A stretch of DNA of 59,753 nt from a virus. Lineage: Duplodnaviria; Caudoviricetes. The DNA is taken from positions 1 to 59,753 of IMG/VR virus record IMGVR_UViG_3300006802_000105, one strand, 5' to 3'. The notes below the pieces were generated by a model. The model saw only the letters and a program-made list of their open reading frames with translations. It was not told the DNA's origin and searched no databases. This document shows positions 40,001 to 47,448 of this stretch, in pieces (the stretch's first letter is position 1; the number at the start of each line of letters is the position of its first letter). Position numbers and translations under genes: made by a program.

Positions 40001-40007
40001 ACCCTAA
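34089..40007 (+). CDS. Giant internal virion (large polyvalent) protein with HExxH metallopeptidase-like and LPD38-like C-terminal regions
   Basis: 1972 aa; ILHELIHAAT...DEVLAWAL; 'IPFFNAYVQG...KIPVPGELG' resembles LPD38; last gene of the virion arm. Confidence 0.7.
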   Translation: MPYTVALPDGRIVEFPDDVSRDKAAAIIQQQFPALAPKPAPTTMLGQAKEFFKGIPAGAVGLLESAATGASALLPEETEKAAREKIKSVATAAKQPFAATPGYEEAVGRKFGEAVGSTVPFFAAGPLGTAGRVGATALGVGAGAGEARVRAEEGKAEAGGRGTATALGAVVGATEMLPVFKFIEHLGKPLVDGITSQIRRALAAGGAEAAQEAAAQIAQNLIAKGIYKPEQAVIEGTGEAAAYGGATGALIQALTDMALGRRAKAPAPATPPTQEPVGTQGEMFSPAEMGQGRAPRVSQPPAAPTPPEKPAVPEGQMDLGLDYQRDVEQLYLERERLKQGAQTPEVKQRIADLSAQIRSYEEMSVAEQRAQVAADAEQARQDELTRKKFPALANAPDLIAASDEVKARTQGSLFTPEELGGEFAGPQIPAAPVSVEPTEPTPAPPYARTGPYQYKLPLRQASEGQPTATKPTPPTPPTPPKAETPAAPPTPPAKPGAITATEIKQFGTMSKANRRWLIDNVEGKTPDEVRDMVEADPTILTTRKGVAAALREIIANATPKEAPSAPTPKVPATKLPVKPRGSKPSVGVPSEPAGAVPSEPGTGGTATTTTPTTPDNSGLVPTEQPAGEGNAPQGAEPAALTVETAIPALQDLIKNAGTALARKRAATNALAALQDPKLNETAEDRAGNLRLAAQILGRKMAPAAPVKTTIAAQPTAPKPAVPAGMFGALVKPGTPDLTEEEAAPPAPPAPPAPKTTEPSVWEGKGESKIGADLKTTSEDKQSDAAARRAEPPSPTAITPTPPAQETTGAAKPTEAAKPAKPAKPTEAAKPATPPTPKGPRTELETANILNGMNLLDAARWGAANFTDPDFRLIAQRVADTLQILKNVGLQIGSITVTDPDKRIASGAKGVTSYKLDRAGGPSLVRITLNHPNNGKNSGTTDAVILHELIHAATIGATRIGNLQRAKGTRVAKTVSELYAVSNAVFAHVDAKAARGETLSTTEKRLRTNYMRDVDEVLAWALTDRDMQAYMETVPYKGTTAWDKFVTLIRDMLGLTPKADTALSEILRIGGELTSLTDADLAEATKATGRQFSLSPTAESLIAGSGAVDPVEVGALKRMINVIKGTPNVDYATKFRTQVADIAATIEARLTRTFDGAVRTSLGELNPMGLYRQAQDYTKMLLEFFQQGSLVKNPTTGLWEVTRNKEVRAPAEVYKLVENWGRQNGWTREEATQRASRILEAVRLDGLRTANNTQGASFTLHKIDPTSALSIDQQIDTLLAEYRADPALAEMNTLMDESRKALVDHLVDVGRLSPDQGQDWKEVIGYVPFDRLSPDSLEEFSKVKRISGRGLAQVGKLPELEGTTRLAVGNVFNNYIDTMGWMVGQVVKTDATVRTLRSLERVTSARFLGQSKQGRPNTVGMYVKGVMNYWELPSKYDVMAFKDLNPPKSNWLLQLGAFSNVLRKSITALPPFALKQVTDDVQRAIFTSGVKNPGALLRMALTNFPKLAIAELRGIQHPTVREFGAMGLTGEYDFQAGKPASSLLKDIGVLKRGKWETLMHRLDGITRASDLAVRKAIYDQTMKESGNDTLLAQTRAREFINFRRRGASEFVGAMVTTIPFFNAYVQGMDVLYRAASGKDSSASVGRAQARRMFWSRMAIAATLSSLYALGKDDDDEEYKNMDLRARDSNWVLGNGFKIPVPGELGAIFKVIPERIVEYMRRQGTPEEQEAFEAVRTTLAYMFEQYAGRMTPVPQAIKPVMEAWANKSFLTGRPLEGFHQQMMDPSARTTEQTSELARAIANFSRDVLKTEFSPIMIDNALRGYFGSTAALLTAVTDSLLNPTRIDRPLHKWALLSNYMYDPVGTRRTTEFYDERQTMGRANSTLNDLVKTDTDRAVKYAEEHQDDLVFESAINSTLEQLERTRAYRNFLNSPEGAKEMPATEREAEMKEVKKYEAELVKWVREAKTAYEKSKP

Positions 40008-40237
40008 GCTATCCGCCACACCCGCACGCCGTAGTAGCCAAACTCGCAGCGGTTGTGGGCGCGTAGCGTTATCTGGAAGTGCTTCTCGGCATTGCGAAGC
40101 CGCTTGGTGACCTCGGCGGCGCTGGCTGTTGTCTTTAGAAAGAAAGAGTACCCGGGGAGCATCTGCTCCCACCGTATAAAGTACGGCACGCCGTAGAGGT
40201 TTATGTGCCGAACATCGTCAGGTACTCGTCGCGCCAT
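40004..40237 (-). CDS. Small hypothetical (probable DNA-binding) protein
   Basis: 'W..M.PG.SFF...GVRVWR' pattern; probable ATG at 40237. Confidence 0.65.
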   Translation of the reverse strand: MARRVPDDVRHINLYGVPYFIRWEQMLPGYSFFLKTTASAAEVTKRLRNAEKHFQITLRAHNRCEFGYYGVRVWRIA

Positions 40238-43085
40238 TGGTGAATGCGTCGTTGTCGATACCCACCTCGGTGCCGTCAATGCAGTAGCACCGCACCCCCA
40301 TAGACTCGAAGCTGCCCACCGCCCCAGCACCGATACGCTTGGTGACAGCGGCTCCGTTGTGCTTGAGTATCTTGGCCGCAGTAAGCTCCTTGATGGCTTG
40401 CTGGAAGTCCACCTGACGGGCGACGAACACGTCGCGCAACGCCGCCGCAGGAATCCACAGTTCGCGGGTGTCTGGCTCGTACCGCAGCCGCAGCGCACCG
40501 TGGGGCATCTTGATGGGTGCGTGCGGGGTGCCGTTGTTCTTTACGCCGTTGATGACCAGCGCGTTGTTCGTGTTCTCGTTGATGTAGGTAGTCAAAGTCT
40601 CTTGCGCGGCAAGCTCCGTATCGGACGCGGGCTGCACCACGTCCCGCCGAATAGTGTCCATCGTGCTGAGTGCGTACTGGTAGACCCGCTGCACGTTGAT
40701 GTTGTGCAGACCGAGCCGCGCGGCTATGGTGCCTCCGGCAAACGCGCAAGCCAGCACGATAGAGTAGAAGCGGTCTGACTGGTCGAGGTTGAGGTCTCGG
40801 TCTAGCTTGCGCTGAATCTTGCGGGCCAGCGCCTCCACATCCGGTATTGTCTTGAGTACATGCTGCATATACACCGGCCCTGCAACGCCGTAGTTTTCTT
40901 CGAGGGCTCCAAACACCTGATCGGACTCCTGCTTGGAAACCTCCACAGGGCGGTTGATCCGCAACTCTATAAGTCTGCGCAACTCTCCATCCGACGTACT
41001 CTTTAGCCGCCGCAGTTTGTCGTAGAGCGATGAGTTGCTGGACATGATGACGAACGTAGCCCATGCGATTACGTTGGCCCGCAGCTTGTTGGAACTAGCC
41101 TCCATGCGGTGCTTGCCACGCCCTTGCGGAATGTCGTAGACAAGTTCAGAAAGCTCTTCGTCTTCAAGGTTCGTAACCTCGTCCATCGTCGCCGCAATGC
41201 TGTTGAGCATACCCATCCACTGCACCTTGGACATGGTGGTATCGGACTTCTTCATAAGCAGTTCGCTAGGGTGCCCGAAGATCGAGTTGACTACCATCTG
41301 CGCAGTAGTCTTGCCCGTGCCTGACTTGTTGGACATCAGGTTGATTGCCGCGCCACGCACGGTGACCCCGCCAATAAGGCGCAGGAGCGGAGCCCCAAAG
41401 CCAAAGAACACAGCCAGCGCGTGCGCCTCCATGCCGGGACGGTCGTAGAAGTTCACCATCTTCGTCCACTCGGTCAGGGTGCCCTTGGGGATCATCATGG
41501 GGGCCATGATCTTGGTGCCGCTTGCAGCGGGAGCCAGCCGCGCTCCGTTCGCTGTGTACTCAAGCTCACCAACAACAAACCCAGAGTTATCCGGAGTCCA
41601 CCCCATCTGACTGCGCGTGCGGTCAGAAGCAAACATCTTTTGCAGGTTACGAATGGAGGATGCGAAATACGCCATGATTGAGTCCAAGTCTTTGTTGATT
41701 GCGATAACTCCGTGCTTGAGCAAGGTATCCCGCATCTTCTCCTTTGTTAGTAGCGTAGCTACGGGCGATACGATGCGACGAATCCCGTCGTGGGGCGTGT
41801 GCAGGTTAACCCCCACCATCTCCCCCTCACCTTCACCTTGCTCGTTGATGTCGTAGAACCGTGATGTCAGGTACAGGTCATGCTTGTAAATCTCAACCTC
41901 AACGGGGTCGCCGTCGGCATCCTTTGTTTTAAGGTACACACCGCCGTGGATGCCACGGAAATAGGGGAAGGGGTACGCAGGTATGGATACCTGCACGGTC
42001 TGGGGTGTGGATGTGTATACGTTGTCAGCTTCCAACTGCTGCTCGACCACATAGGCATCCCCGACAATCTGCGCCTCTTCAACCTTACGCCCGATAGTGA
42101 TGGGACTGGTGCAGCGCTGCGTACAGCCCGTGCATAGGGCGCTGTAGTTGTTTTTGTACCACTCACAGGTCATGGGGCCTACGGTAGCCTCGGCCTTGCG
42201 TAGCGTGTTTTCAAACGTGTAGTCTGGGTGCGCTCGGGACAGGGTGTGTATGGCAGTCTCGGCGTCCGTACACCGCCAAGCGATAGAGAGCGCAGCCCGC
42301 CAGAGCGGCTCCTCCAGTGTCGCGGCGTCCTGCACAGCGTGGGCTATCTGGGCGCAGCCCCTGCCCTTAAGACTGCGGCGCACGATGCGTGCAAACTCCG
42401 TAGGAGGGAAGTCCCCACCGGCCAGCGCCCGCGTCATCTCGTCGGGGCCATACTCCCGCGCAGCACTCAGGTCAACTTCAGACGATACTGGCAGTAGCCC
42501 TATAAGCACGGCGAGATCAGACACGACACCTGCGCTAATCAACTGCACGGGCAGCGGCGGCTCTTGCTTGAAGTTCTCTGTATCCAGCATACGCAGGATA
42601 CGCGCGGCGTCTGCGGTGACTGCCGGGTCGATGCGTAGCTTGTTCTCTATGCAGAGTTGCTTAAAGCGCCGCGACAGTGGTCGCCATGTCGTCAGGTTCA
42701 GGACTTCATGGAACGGCCAGTAGACGTGCAGCCCGCGCCCAGAGTTGACGACGAACGGCTCCGGTAGCTTCGTAGTTTGCAGGAACTCACGCAGCGCAAC
42801 AGCGCCCGCTGCCTGATCTTCGTAGGGCTTGCCAGCGCCGCAGTCTATGTCAGCAAAGAAACAACGAAAGCTCTTGGCGTTCTCAGCCTTGCGGCCATCC
42901 GCAGGGTCTATATAGCTTGCCAGCGCAAAGTACGTATCGAATCGTTTGGCGTGTAGCTCGGTGCCGTGGGCCAGAAGATCGGAGATCGTAGTGTGGAAAC
43001 TTGGGACTACTTTGTCTTGCGATATCCCTACGGCACAGTAGGGGCCATCCGGAGGAAGGACGGCTGTGTAGAAAGAATAATTCAC
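40218..43085 (-). CDS. Primase-helicase (RepB-like primase + DUF927-like NTPase)
   Basis: FFADIDCG, VNSGRGLHVYW, DAARILR; Cys cluster; Walker A SGTGKTT, Walker B TMDEVT. Confidence 0.85.
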   Translation of the reverse strand: MNYSFYTAVLPPDGPYCAVGISQDKVVPSFHTTISDLLAHGTELHAKRFDTYFALASYIDPADGRKAENAKSFRCFFADIDCGAGKPYEDQAAGAVALREFLQTTKLPEPFVVNSGRGLHVYWPFHEVLNLTTWRPLSRRFKQLCIENKLRIDPAVTADAARILRMLDTENFKQEPPLPVQLISAGVVSDLAVLIGLLPVSSEVDLSAAREYGPDEMTRALAGGDFPPTEFARIVRRSLKGRGCAQIAHAVQDAATLEEPLWRAALSIAWRCTDAETAIHTLSRAHPDYTFENTLRKAEATVGPMTCEWYKNNYSALCTGCTQRCTSPITIGRKVEEAQIVGDAYVVEQQLEADNVYTSTPQTVQVSIPAYPFPYFRGIHGGVYLKTKDADGDPVEVEIYKHDLYLTSRFYDINEQGEGEGEMVGVNLHTPHDGIRRIVSPVATLLTKEKMRDTLLKHGVIAINKDLDSIMAYFASSIRNLQKMFASDRTRSQMGWTPDNSGFVVGELEYTANGARLAPAASGTKIMAPMMIPKGTLTEWTKMVNFYDRPGMEAHALAVFFGFGAPLLRLIGGVTVRGAAINLMSNKSGTGKTTAQMVVNSIFGHPSELLMKKSDTTMSKVQWMGMLNSIAATMDEVTNLEDEELSELVYDIPQGRGKHRMEASSNKLRANVIAWATFVIMSSNSSLYDKLRRLKSTSDGELRRLIELRINRPVEVSKQESDQVFGALEENYGVAGPVYMQHVLKTIPDVEALARKIQRKLDRDLNLDQSDRFYSIVLACAFAGGTIAARLGLHNINVQRVYQYALSTMDTIRRDVVQPASDTELAAQETLTTYINENTNNALVINGVKNNGTPHAPIKMPHGALRLRYEPDTRELWIPAAALRDVFVARQVDFQQAIKELTAAKILKHNGAAVTKRIGAGAVGSFESMGVRCYCIDGTEVGIDNDAFTNGATST

Positions 43086-43119
43086 GAGTCCTCACGGTCG
43101 GAAATTACGGGAGAAAGGT

Positions 43120-43200
43120 GGGGCAGCGGCCCGTGTTCCGCTTTGTCGGGGAGAGATCAAGTCCCCCAAGCCCCGGACCGGGACTATACCCGGTCTTTTT
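43120..43200. other. Multi-stem structured intergenic element upstream of the primase-helicase
   Basis: Three-way junction 43120-43174 plus hairpin GACCGGG-ACTATA-CCCGGTC-TTTTT. Confidence 0.45.
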
Positions 43201-43432
43201 GGTGCGCCTCAAGCATTTGTGTGATGCCGTCCACAAATTGCCGTGTTGGCTTGTACTTGCCCGTGAACCACCAGTACACCGTCTGCCGCGTTACACCGAA
43301 CTGTTTTGCAACATGCATTACAGGGATGTCCCGCTCGACGCACATACGTCCAAGCTGGACCCCTAATAGTTTGGAGTCCGCAGCTAGGATGGCTTTAACA
43401 AGGGCGTACGAATAGCCCCGGGCGTCACTCAT
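43184..43432 (-). CDS. Cro/XRE-like HTH protein
   Basis: 'VAKQFGVTRQTVYWWFTGKYKP'. Confidence 0.8.
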   Translation of the reverse strand: MSDARGYSYALVKAILAADSKLLGVQLGRMCVERDIPVMHVAKQFGVTRQTVYWWFTGKYKPTRQFVDGITQMLEAHQKDRV

Positions 43433-44300
43433 CGTCCGAACCCCACTCGTCCAGCACCGCGCTCACATCCTTGGTAGGTGCAACGGGCTCCGGCTTCTTG
43501 GACGCACGCTTGGTGGGCTGTGCGGGTGCCTCTTCTGCCTCTGCTGCGGGCTTTGCAAACGCAGGGGGCAGCGCAGGTGCAGCCTGTTCCTTCGGGGGAG
43601 CCAGCTTGAACTCGATGGCCTGACGCGCATCGTCCGATGCACCTTGGCTACGTGCGACAGCCAACTCCTCGCGGCTCAGGGGGCGCACTGCGCGGAACTT
43701 CAGCACCGGCACAGACACCGACGTATCGAACCGAGCTTCAGTAACGATGCCAGACAGCGGAACGCCATGCCCCGACAGGAACCGAGCGTAGGCTTGCATG
43801 GGCATCTTGTCGCCCTCGGGCTTGCCAAAGATCGACGTAGCCGGAAGCTGCAAGCGATACACATTGCCGCTCAGGTCATGCTCAAGGATCACCGCAAACC
43901 GTTGGTTGAAGCGGCACGCACGCGAGTCCCCTTGGCCCGAGCCAGCTACGTTCTGCGGGCAGGTAGCGCATGACTTGCTCTGCGGGTTCTTGATGGACGG
44001 GTCTGGCGTCTTGCCGTCGCCCGATGCGCAGACAGGGCTGGCTGCTTCGCCCTTCACGTACGCACCAACGTAGTACGTCCGAGAGACATCCTTGGCAGCG
44101 TTGACGAACACCATGTTCATGGAACGGTCTTCGTTCTTGGCGATCTCGTCGCCGCCCACGATCATGCGGAACACGCCGCCCTCCGTGGAGATGGACTTGC
44201 CAGCGTTCCCGCCAGCAAGCCGCTTGGTCATCTCATCAGGCTCCGAGCGCAGGTAGTCGGGGAGCATGGCACCAGATTTGAAAAGAGTAAGTTCTGACAT
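43425..44300 (-). CDS. Putative ssDNA-binding protein
   Basis: Cys cluster (C...CATCP...C), flexible linker, acidic aromatic tail 'LDEWGSDDE'. Confidence 0.65.
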   Translation of the reverse strand: MSELTLFKSGAMLPDYLRSEPDEMTKRLAGGNAGKSISTEGGVFRMIVGGDEIAKNEDRSMNMVFVNAAKDVSRTYYVGAYVKGEAASPVCASGDGKTPDPSIKNPQSKSCATCPQNVAGSGQGDSRACRFNQRFAVILEHDLSGNVYRLQLPATSIFGKPEGDKMPMQAYARFLSGHGVPLSGIVTEARFDTSVSVPVLKFRAVRPLSREELAVARSQGASDDARQAIEFKLAPPKEQAAPALPPAFAKPAAEAEEAPAQPTKRASKKPEPVAPTKDVSAVLDEWGSDDE

Positions 44301-44311
44301 ATTGATTGGTA

Positions 44312-44324
44312 TCTAACGGTTAGA
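44312..44324. promoter_or_regulatory. Palindromic operator-like site TCTAAC-G-GTTAGA (copy 1 of 3)
   Basis: Identical 13-mer also at 56258-56270 and 57971-57983, each just upstream of a - strand start. Confidence 0.7.
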
Positions 44325-44356
44325 AAGTTGCTTAAGAATTGATGTGATGGCGTAGA

Positions 44357-44761
44357 TTACTTCGTAGCTCTCCTTACGGTTATGGAATACTTGGAATCGA
44401 CATTCAGCCCGTCGGGCAGCAAGCCCGGGTTCTCGTTCAGGAACGTCTTCATGTTGGTCTGTGCAACCCGGCGCTCCAAAAGCTCCACAGCATCGTGCTG
44501 CTTGATGAAGCGATACATGGCGTCCCAGTCGTTCGTCCAGTAGCGGGTCTTGACGGTGCGCGTAAACGAACCGTGTGCGGTCTTGCCGCCATCTTGCCCC
44601 GTAGCCTTGCAGATCTCCAGAAGTTCGTTCTCGATGAGTTCCATCTTCCCTTCAAGCTCAAGTATCTTGGCGTCATGGTCGGCCACCATCTGCGCTTTGG
44701 CGTCGCGCATCTTGATGTAGACCTTTACGAGCTTGTCAGCGTCTGCGATTCTTTCGGTCAT
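44357..44761 (-). CDS. Replication-region hypothetical protein
   Basis: AAGGAG RBS; coiled coil followed by 'KTRYWTNDW...LLERRV'. Confidence 0.8.
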   Translation of the reverse strand: MTERIADADKLVKVYIKMRDAKAQMVADHDAKILELEGKMELIENELLEICKATGQDGGKTAHGSFTRTVKTRYWTNDWDAMYRFIKQHDAVELLERRVAQTNMKTFLNENPGLLPDGLNVDSKYSITVRRATK

Positions 44762-44786
44762 TTAGTTCTCCTTGGTTGGTTCAGTC

Positions 44787-44814
44787 ATTATACAGAGTCA
44801 ATTGTCAACGTCAA
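44787..44814 (-). promoter_or_regulatory. Near-consensus sigma70 promoter
   Basis: On the - strand: TTGACG, 16 nt, TATAAT; upstream of 44761. Confidence 0.75.
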
Positions 44815-46361
44815 GCTATTTCTTGTCTATAGAGGTCTACCAGCCCTTGATGAAGGTCGATCTTCCCGTCCAGCAGGGCGTACATCCGCCGCTCCACCGG
44901 GCTCCCTTGCAGTCGCACGACGGTGACCTTGTTGGTCTGCCCCGCACGGTGGGCACGGGCGTTGCCTTGGATGTACAACTCCGCTGACGGCACTGGCCCC
45001 CACCACACTACGGTGTCTGCACGGGTGAGGGTAATCCCATGTGCAGCAGCTTGCGGGATAAGCAGGATGACCTTGGGGTCTACCTCCGTTTGGAACTGCT
45101 TAATGAAGTCCGCCCGCTGCGCCGCAGGGGTTCCGCCGTGGATAGCACGGAACGACACTCCAGCCTTTGCAAGCTCTTGCTCCAGCATCTCCAGCGTGTG
45201 CCTGAACGGCACGAACACGATGACCTTGTGGGCGGTCTGTGCAACCACATCGAGCAGTTCGTTTACTCGGTTGCTGACATCGAACTCAACAACTTCTTTC
45301 TCGGTGGTGTACGCGCAGCCCGCGCTGACTTGCAGGAGTTTGTTAAGTAGCCCCGCTGCGTTTACCGCCGTGATTTCGGCACCTGCGGCTTGCGCGACCA
45401 TCGACTTCTTGATTACGTCATAGTAATGTTGCTGCTGCTTGGTAAGCGGGACTTCGCGGTTGGTGTACAACATATCGGGAAGGTCTAGGCACTCTTCCTT
45501 CGTAAAGCGAATCGCGGGTTGCAGTACCTTGAAAACTGTATCCTGCGCAGTACGCTTTGGTGCCCATTTGAACTGCGTAACTTTGTACATCACCATGTCT
45601 CGGAATGCTCCGGCAAAGCGCGGCACCGCTGCTGGGTTCACCAGCTTGGCAAGCCCATACGCATCTACGGGTGACTGCGACGCAGGTGTGCCCGTCATGA
45701 GCCACAGGCGCGTCGCGGGCGTAACCAGACTGTTGAGTGCCTTCCAACGGTCGGTGCTTGTGGACTTGATGGCAGAGGCTTCGTCCACAATGATGAGGTC
45801 GAACTTAGCCGCTGCTAACTCCTCACGAACAACCTTTACGCCGTCGAAGTTGATGATGACAAACTCGTAGCCACCGTTGATGACGCGCAGCCGCTTGTCG
45901 CGTGCCCCCGATGCAATCGCCACCGTGCGATGCATAACCGTCTTGAACAAGTCCGAGCGCCACGCAGTGTCCATGATGGACACAGGGCACACCACCAGAA
46001 CGCGGGTTACTTCGCCTTGGCGCATCAGGTAGTCCGCAGCCCACGCTGCTGCACTGGTCTTGCCCGTCCCTGCTTCGGATAGCACAAGGCACTTAGGATG
46101 CGTTGCCAAGAATGCGGCGGTCTCTCGTTGGTGCGAGAACGGGGTGTAGACCCCGGGCCATTTGTACCGCCCGATGATGGGGTGCGGCACATCTTTGATT
46201 TGCAAATTGCGGAGCAGCTTCGCTTCGTTGTGCCCCCAGTTGACGATGATTCGTGCTTTGTCGCCGTTGCGGGCGATGACCTTGCTCTTGGGTATCAGGG
46301 CAGTGATCTGGTCTGCCTTTCGTGTCACAAACTGCAAAGCCCGGTTGTCTATTATTTCCAC
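44811..46361 (-). CDS. SNF2-family (SF2) helicase
   Basis: AGTGKT, IIVDEAS, MTGTP, HGITLT, QGNARAHRAGQ. Confidence 0.92.
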   Translation of the reverse strand: MEIIDNRALQFVTRKADQITALIPKSKVIARNGDKARIIVNWGHNEAKLLRNLQIKDVPHPIIGRYKWPGVYTPFSHQRETAAFLATHPKCLVLSEAGTGKTSAAAWAADYLMRQGEVTRVLVVCPVSIMDTAWRSDLFKTVMHRTVAIASGARDKRLRVINGGYEFVIINFDGVKVVREELAAAKFDLIIVDEASAIKSTSTDRWKALNSLVTPATRLWLMTGTPASQSPVDAYGLAKLVNPAAVPRFAGAFRDMVMYKVTQFKWAPKRTAQDTVFKVLQPAIRFTKEECLDLPDMLYTNREVPLTKQQQHYYDVIKKSMVAQAAGAEITAVNAAGLLNKLLQVSAGCAYTTEKEVVEFDVSNRVNELLDVVAQTAHKVIVFVPFRHTLEMLEQELAKAGVSFRAIHGGTPAAQRADFIKQFQTEVDPKVILLIPQAAAHGITLTRADTVVWWGPVPSAELYIQGNARAHRAGQTNKVTVVRLQGSPVERRMYALLDGKIDLHQGLVDLYRQEIA

Positions 46362-46380
46362 GGGTCTCCTTTCACAGACG

Positions 46381-46410
46381 AAAAAAGCACGGTAAGGTTA
46401 GCTACCGTGC
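46381..46410 (-). terminator. Rho-independent terminator/attenuator before the helicase
   Basis: - strand GCACGGTA-loop-TACCGTGC-TTTTTT. Confidence 0.7.
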
Positions 46411-46463
46411 AATCAATTACCAATCAGGGAGAAGCCAACTTGCGTTGGCGTCGCCAGTTTACA

Positions 46464-46742
46464 CTACCTAGTCGCTTCGCGCTTGCTAATTTGCGACTTC
46501 ATGGCACCAGTTTTGGTGCGGGAAAAACTACGGTTGGCGGAGCGCGATGCCGCCCGCAGGTTGCCGAGATCGGACGAACCGCCCTTGGACATAGCCTTCT
46601 TGTGGTCTACATCCACATTGTCCGGCAGCGTGCCATGCGCCTTCTCGTACGCCCGTCGAGCCTTGTGCCGCTCTGACTGCGCGGCAAGTTGCTTCGGGGT
46701 GCCTTGGTACCGCTCATATTCGAGCTTGTAATTTCTCGCCAT
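46464..46742 (-). CDS. Small HNH endonuclease
   Basis: DVDHKKAMSKGG...NLR...NRS; GGAGG RBS before ATG 46742. Confidence 0.8.
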   Translation of the reverse strand: MARNYKLEYERYQGTPKQLAAQSERHKARRAYEKAHGTLPDNVDVDHKKAMSKGGSSDLGNLRAASRSANRSFSRTKTGAMKSQISKREATR

Positions 46743-46750
46743 ACGGCCTC

Positions 46751-47410
46751 CTACCTGTGATGTTCGCACGTTGTAACGGGGCAAAAGCCGCACAAGCCAC
46801 TCGGGCGTGCGTTCCATACACCACCGTCCAGCGCAGCCTCGATCATACTCGCGTGCCCTGCCCATTTGGAGAAAATCTCAGGGAGTTGCGCTCGTGTGTA
46901 CTCGGCTTTCACAATGTCGTTTGCAACAACAAACAGCAACGCACCCTTGACCGAATTGATCTTGGGGTAGTGCGCCATCACCATTGCCGCCATAAGCTCC
47001 AACTGCTCCGTGTCCGCATAGCGGCTCGACTTACCTGTCTTGTAGTCCCCAATGCGGGCGATGCCCTTCTCGTGGTTGAGGGCTAGGTAGTCAGGGACGC
47101 CCCGGAACCATACGTCCTTTGCAAAGAACTCGCAGGGTGAGAAGTCGCGCCTGATGCCGAGCTTGAGTTCGCATTTGAGTTCCCCCGCGACCCGGGCGAG
47201 AGGCTCCACAAAGCGCTCGTAGTGCTTAAGATTTTCTGGAAGGGGTGTTCCGTTTTGGATGTAGAGTTCAAAGGCTTTATGCACACGCTCCCCGTAGAGC
47301 GTGGCTTCCGTGGGTGATGATTTGAAGTTCTTGAGAATGCGAACTTCGTGGTACCTGCGCTGGCATCCAAGGTAGTCTTTGATAGAGCTATAGGAATGTG
47401 CAAGCGCCAT
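46751..47410 (-). CDS. PD-(D/E)xK Cas4-like exonuclease
   Basis: SYSS...C, G..VH, RGVPD, DYKTGK, QL, C-terminal CGFCPVTTC; probable ATG 47410. Confidence 0.85.
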   Translation of the reverse strand: MALAHSYSSIKDYLGCQRRYHEVRILKNFKSSPTEATLYGERVHKAFELYIQNGTPLPENLKHYERFVEPLARVAGELKCELKLGIRRDFSPCEFFAKDVWFRGVPDYLALNHEKGIARIGDYKTGKSSRYADTEQLELMAAMVMAHYPKINSVKGALLFVVANDIVKAEYTRAQLPEIFSKWAGHASMIEAALDGGVWNARPSGLCGFCPVTTCEHHR

Positions 47411-47448
47411 AGGTTTTTTCTGCGTTGAGTGGGCGCTAATTGTAGCGG

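Noticed and set aside
46751-47410. Cas4-like gene as evidence of a CRISPR-Cas system
   Set aside because: No array or other cas genes; solo Cas4-like nucleases are common in phage replication modules.
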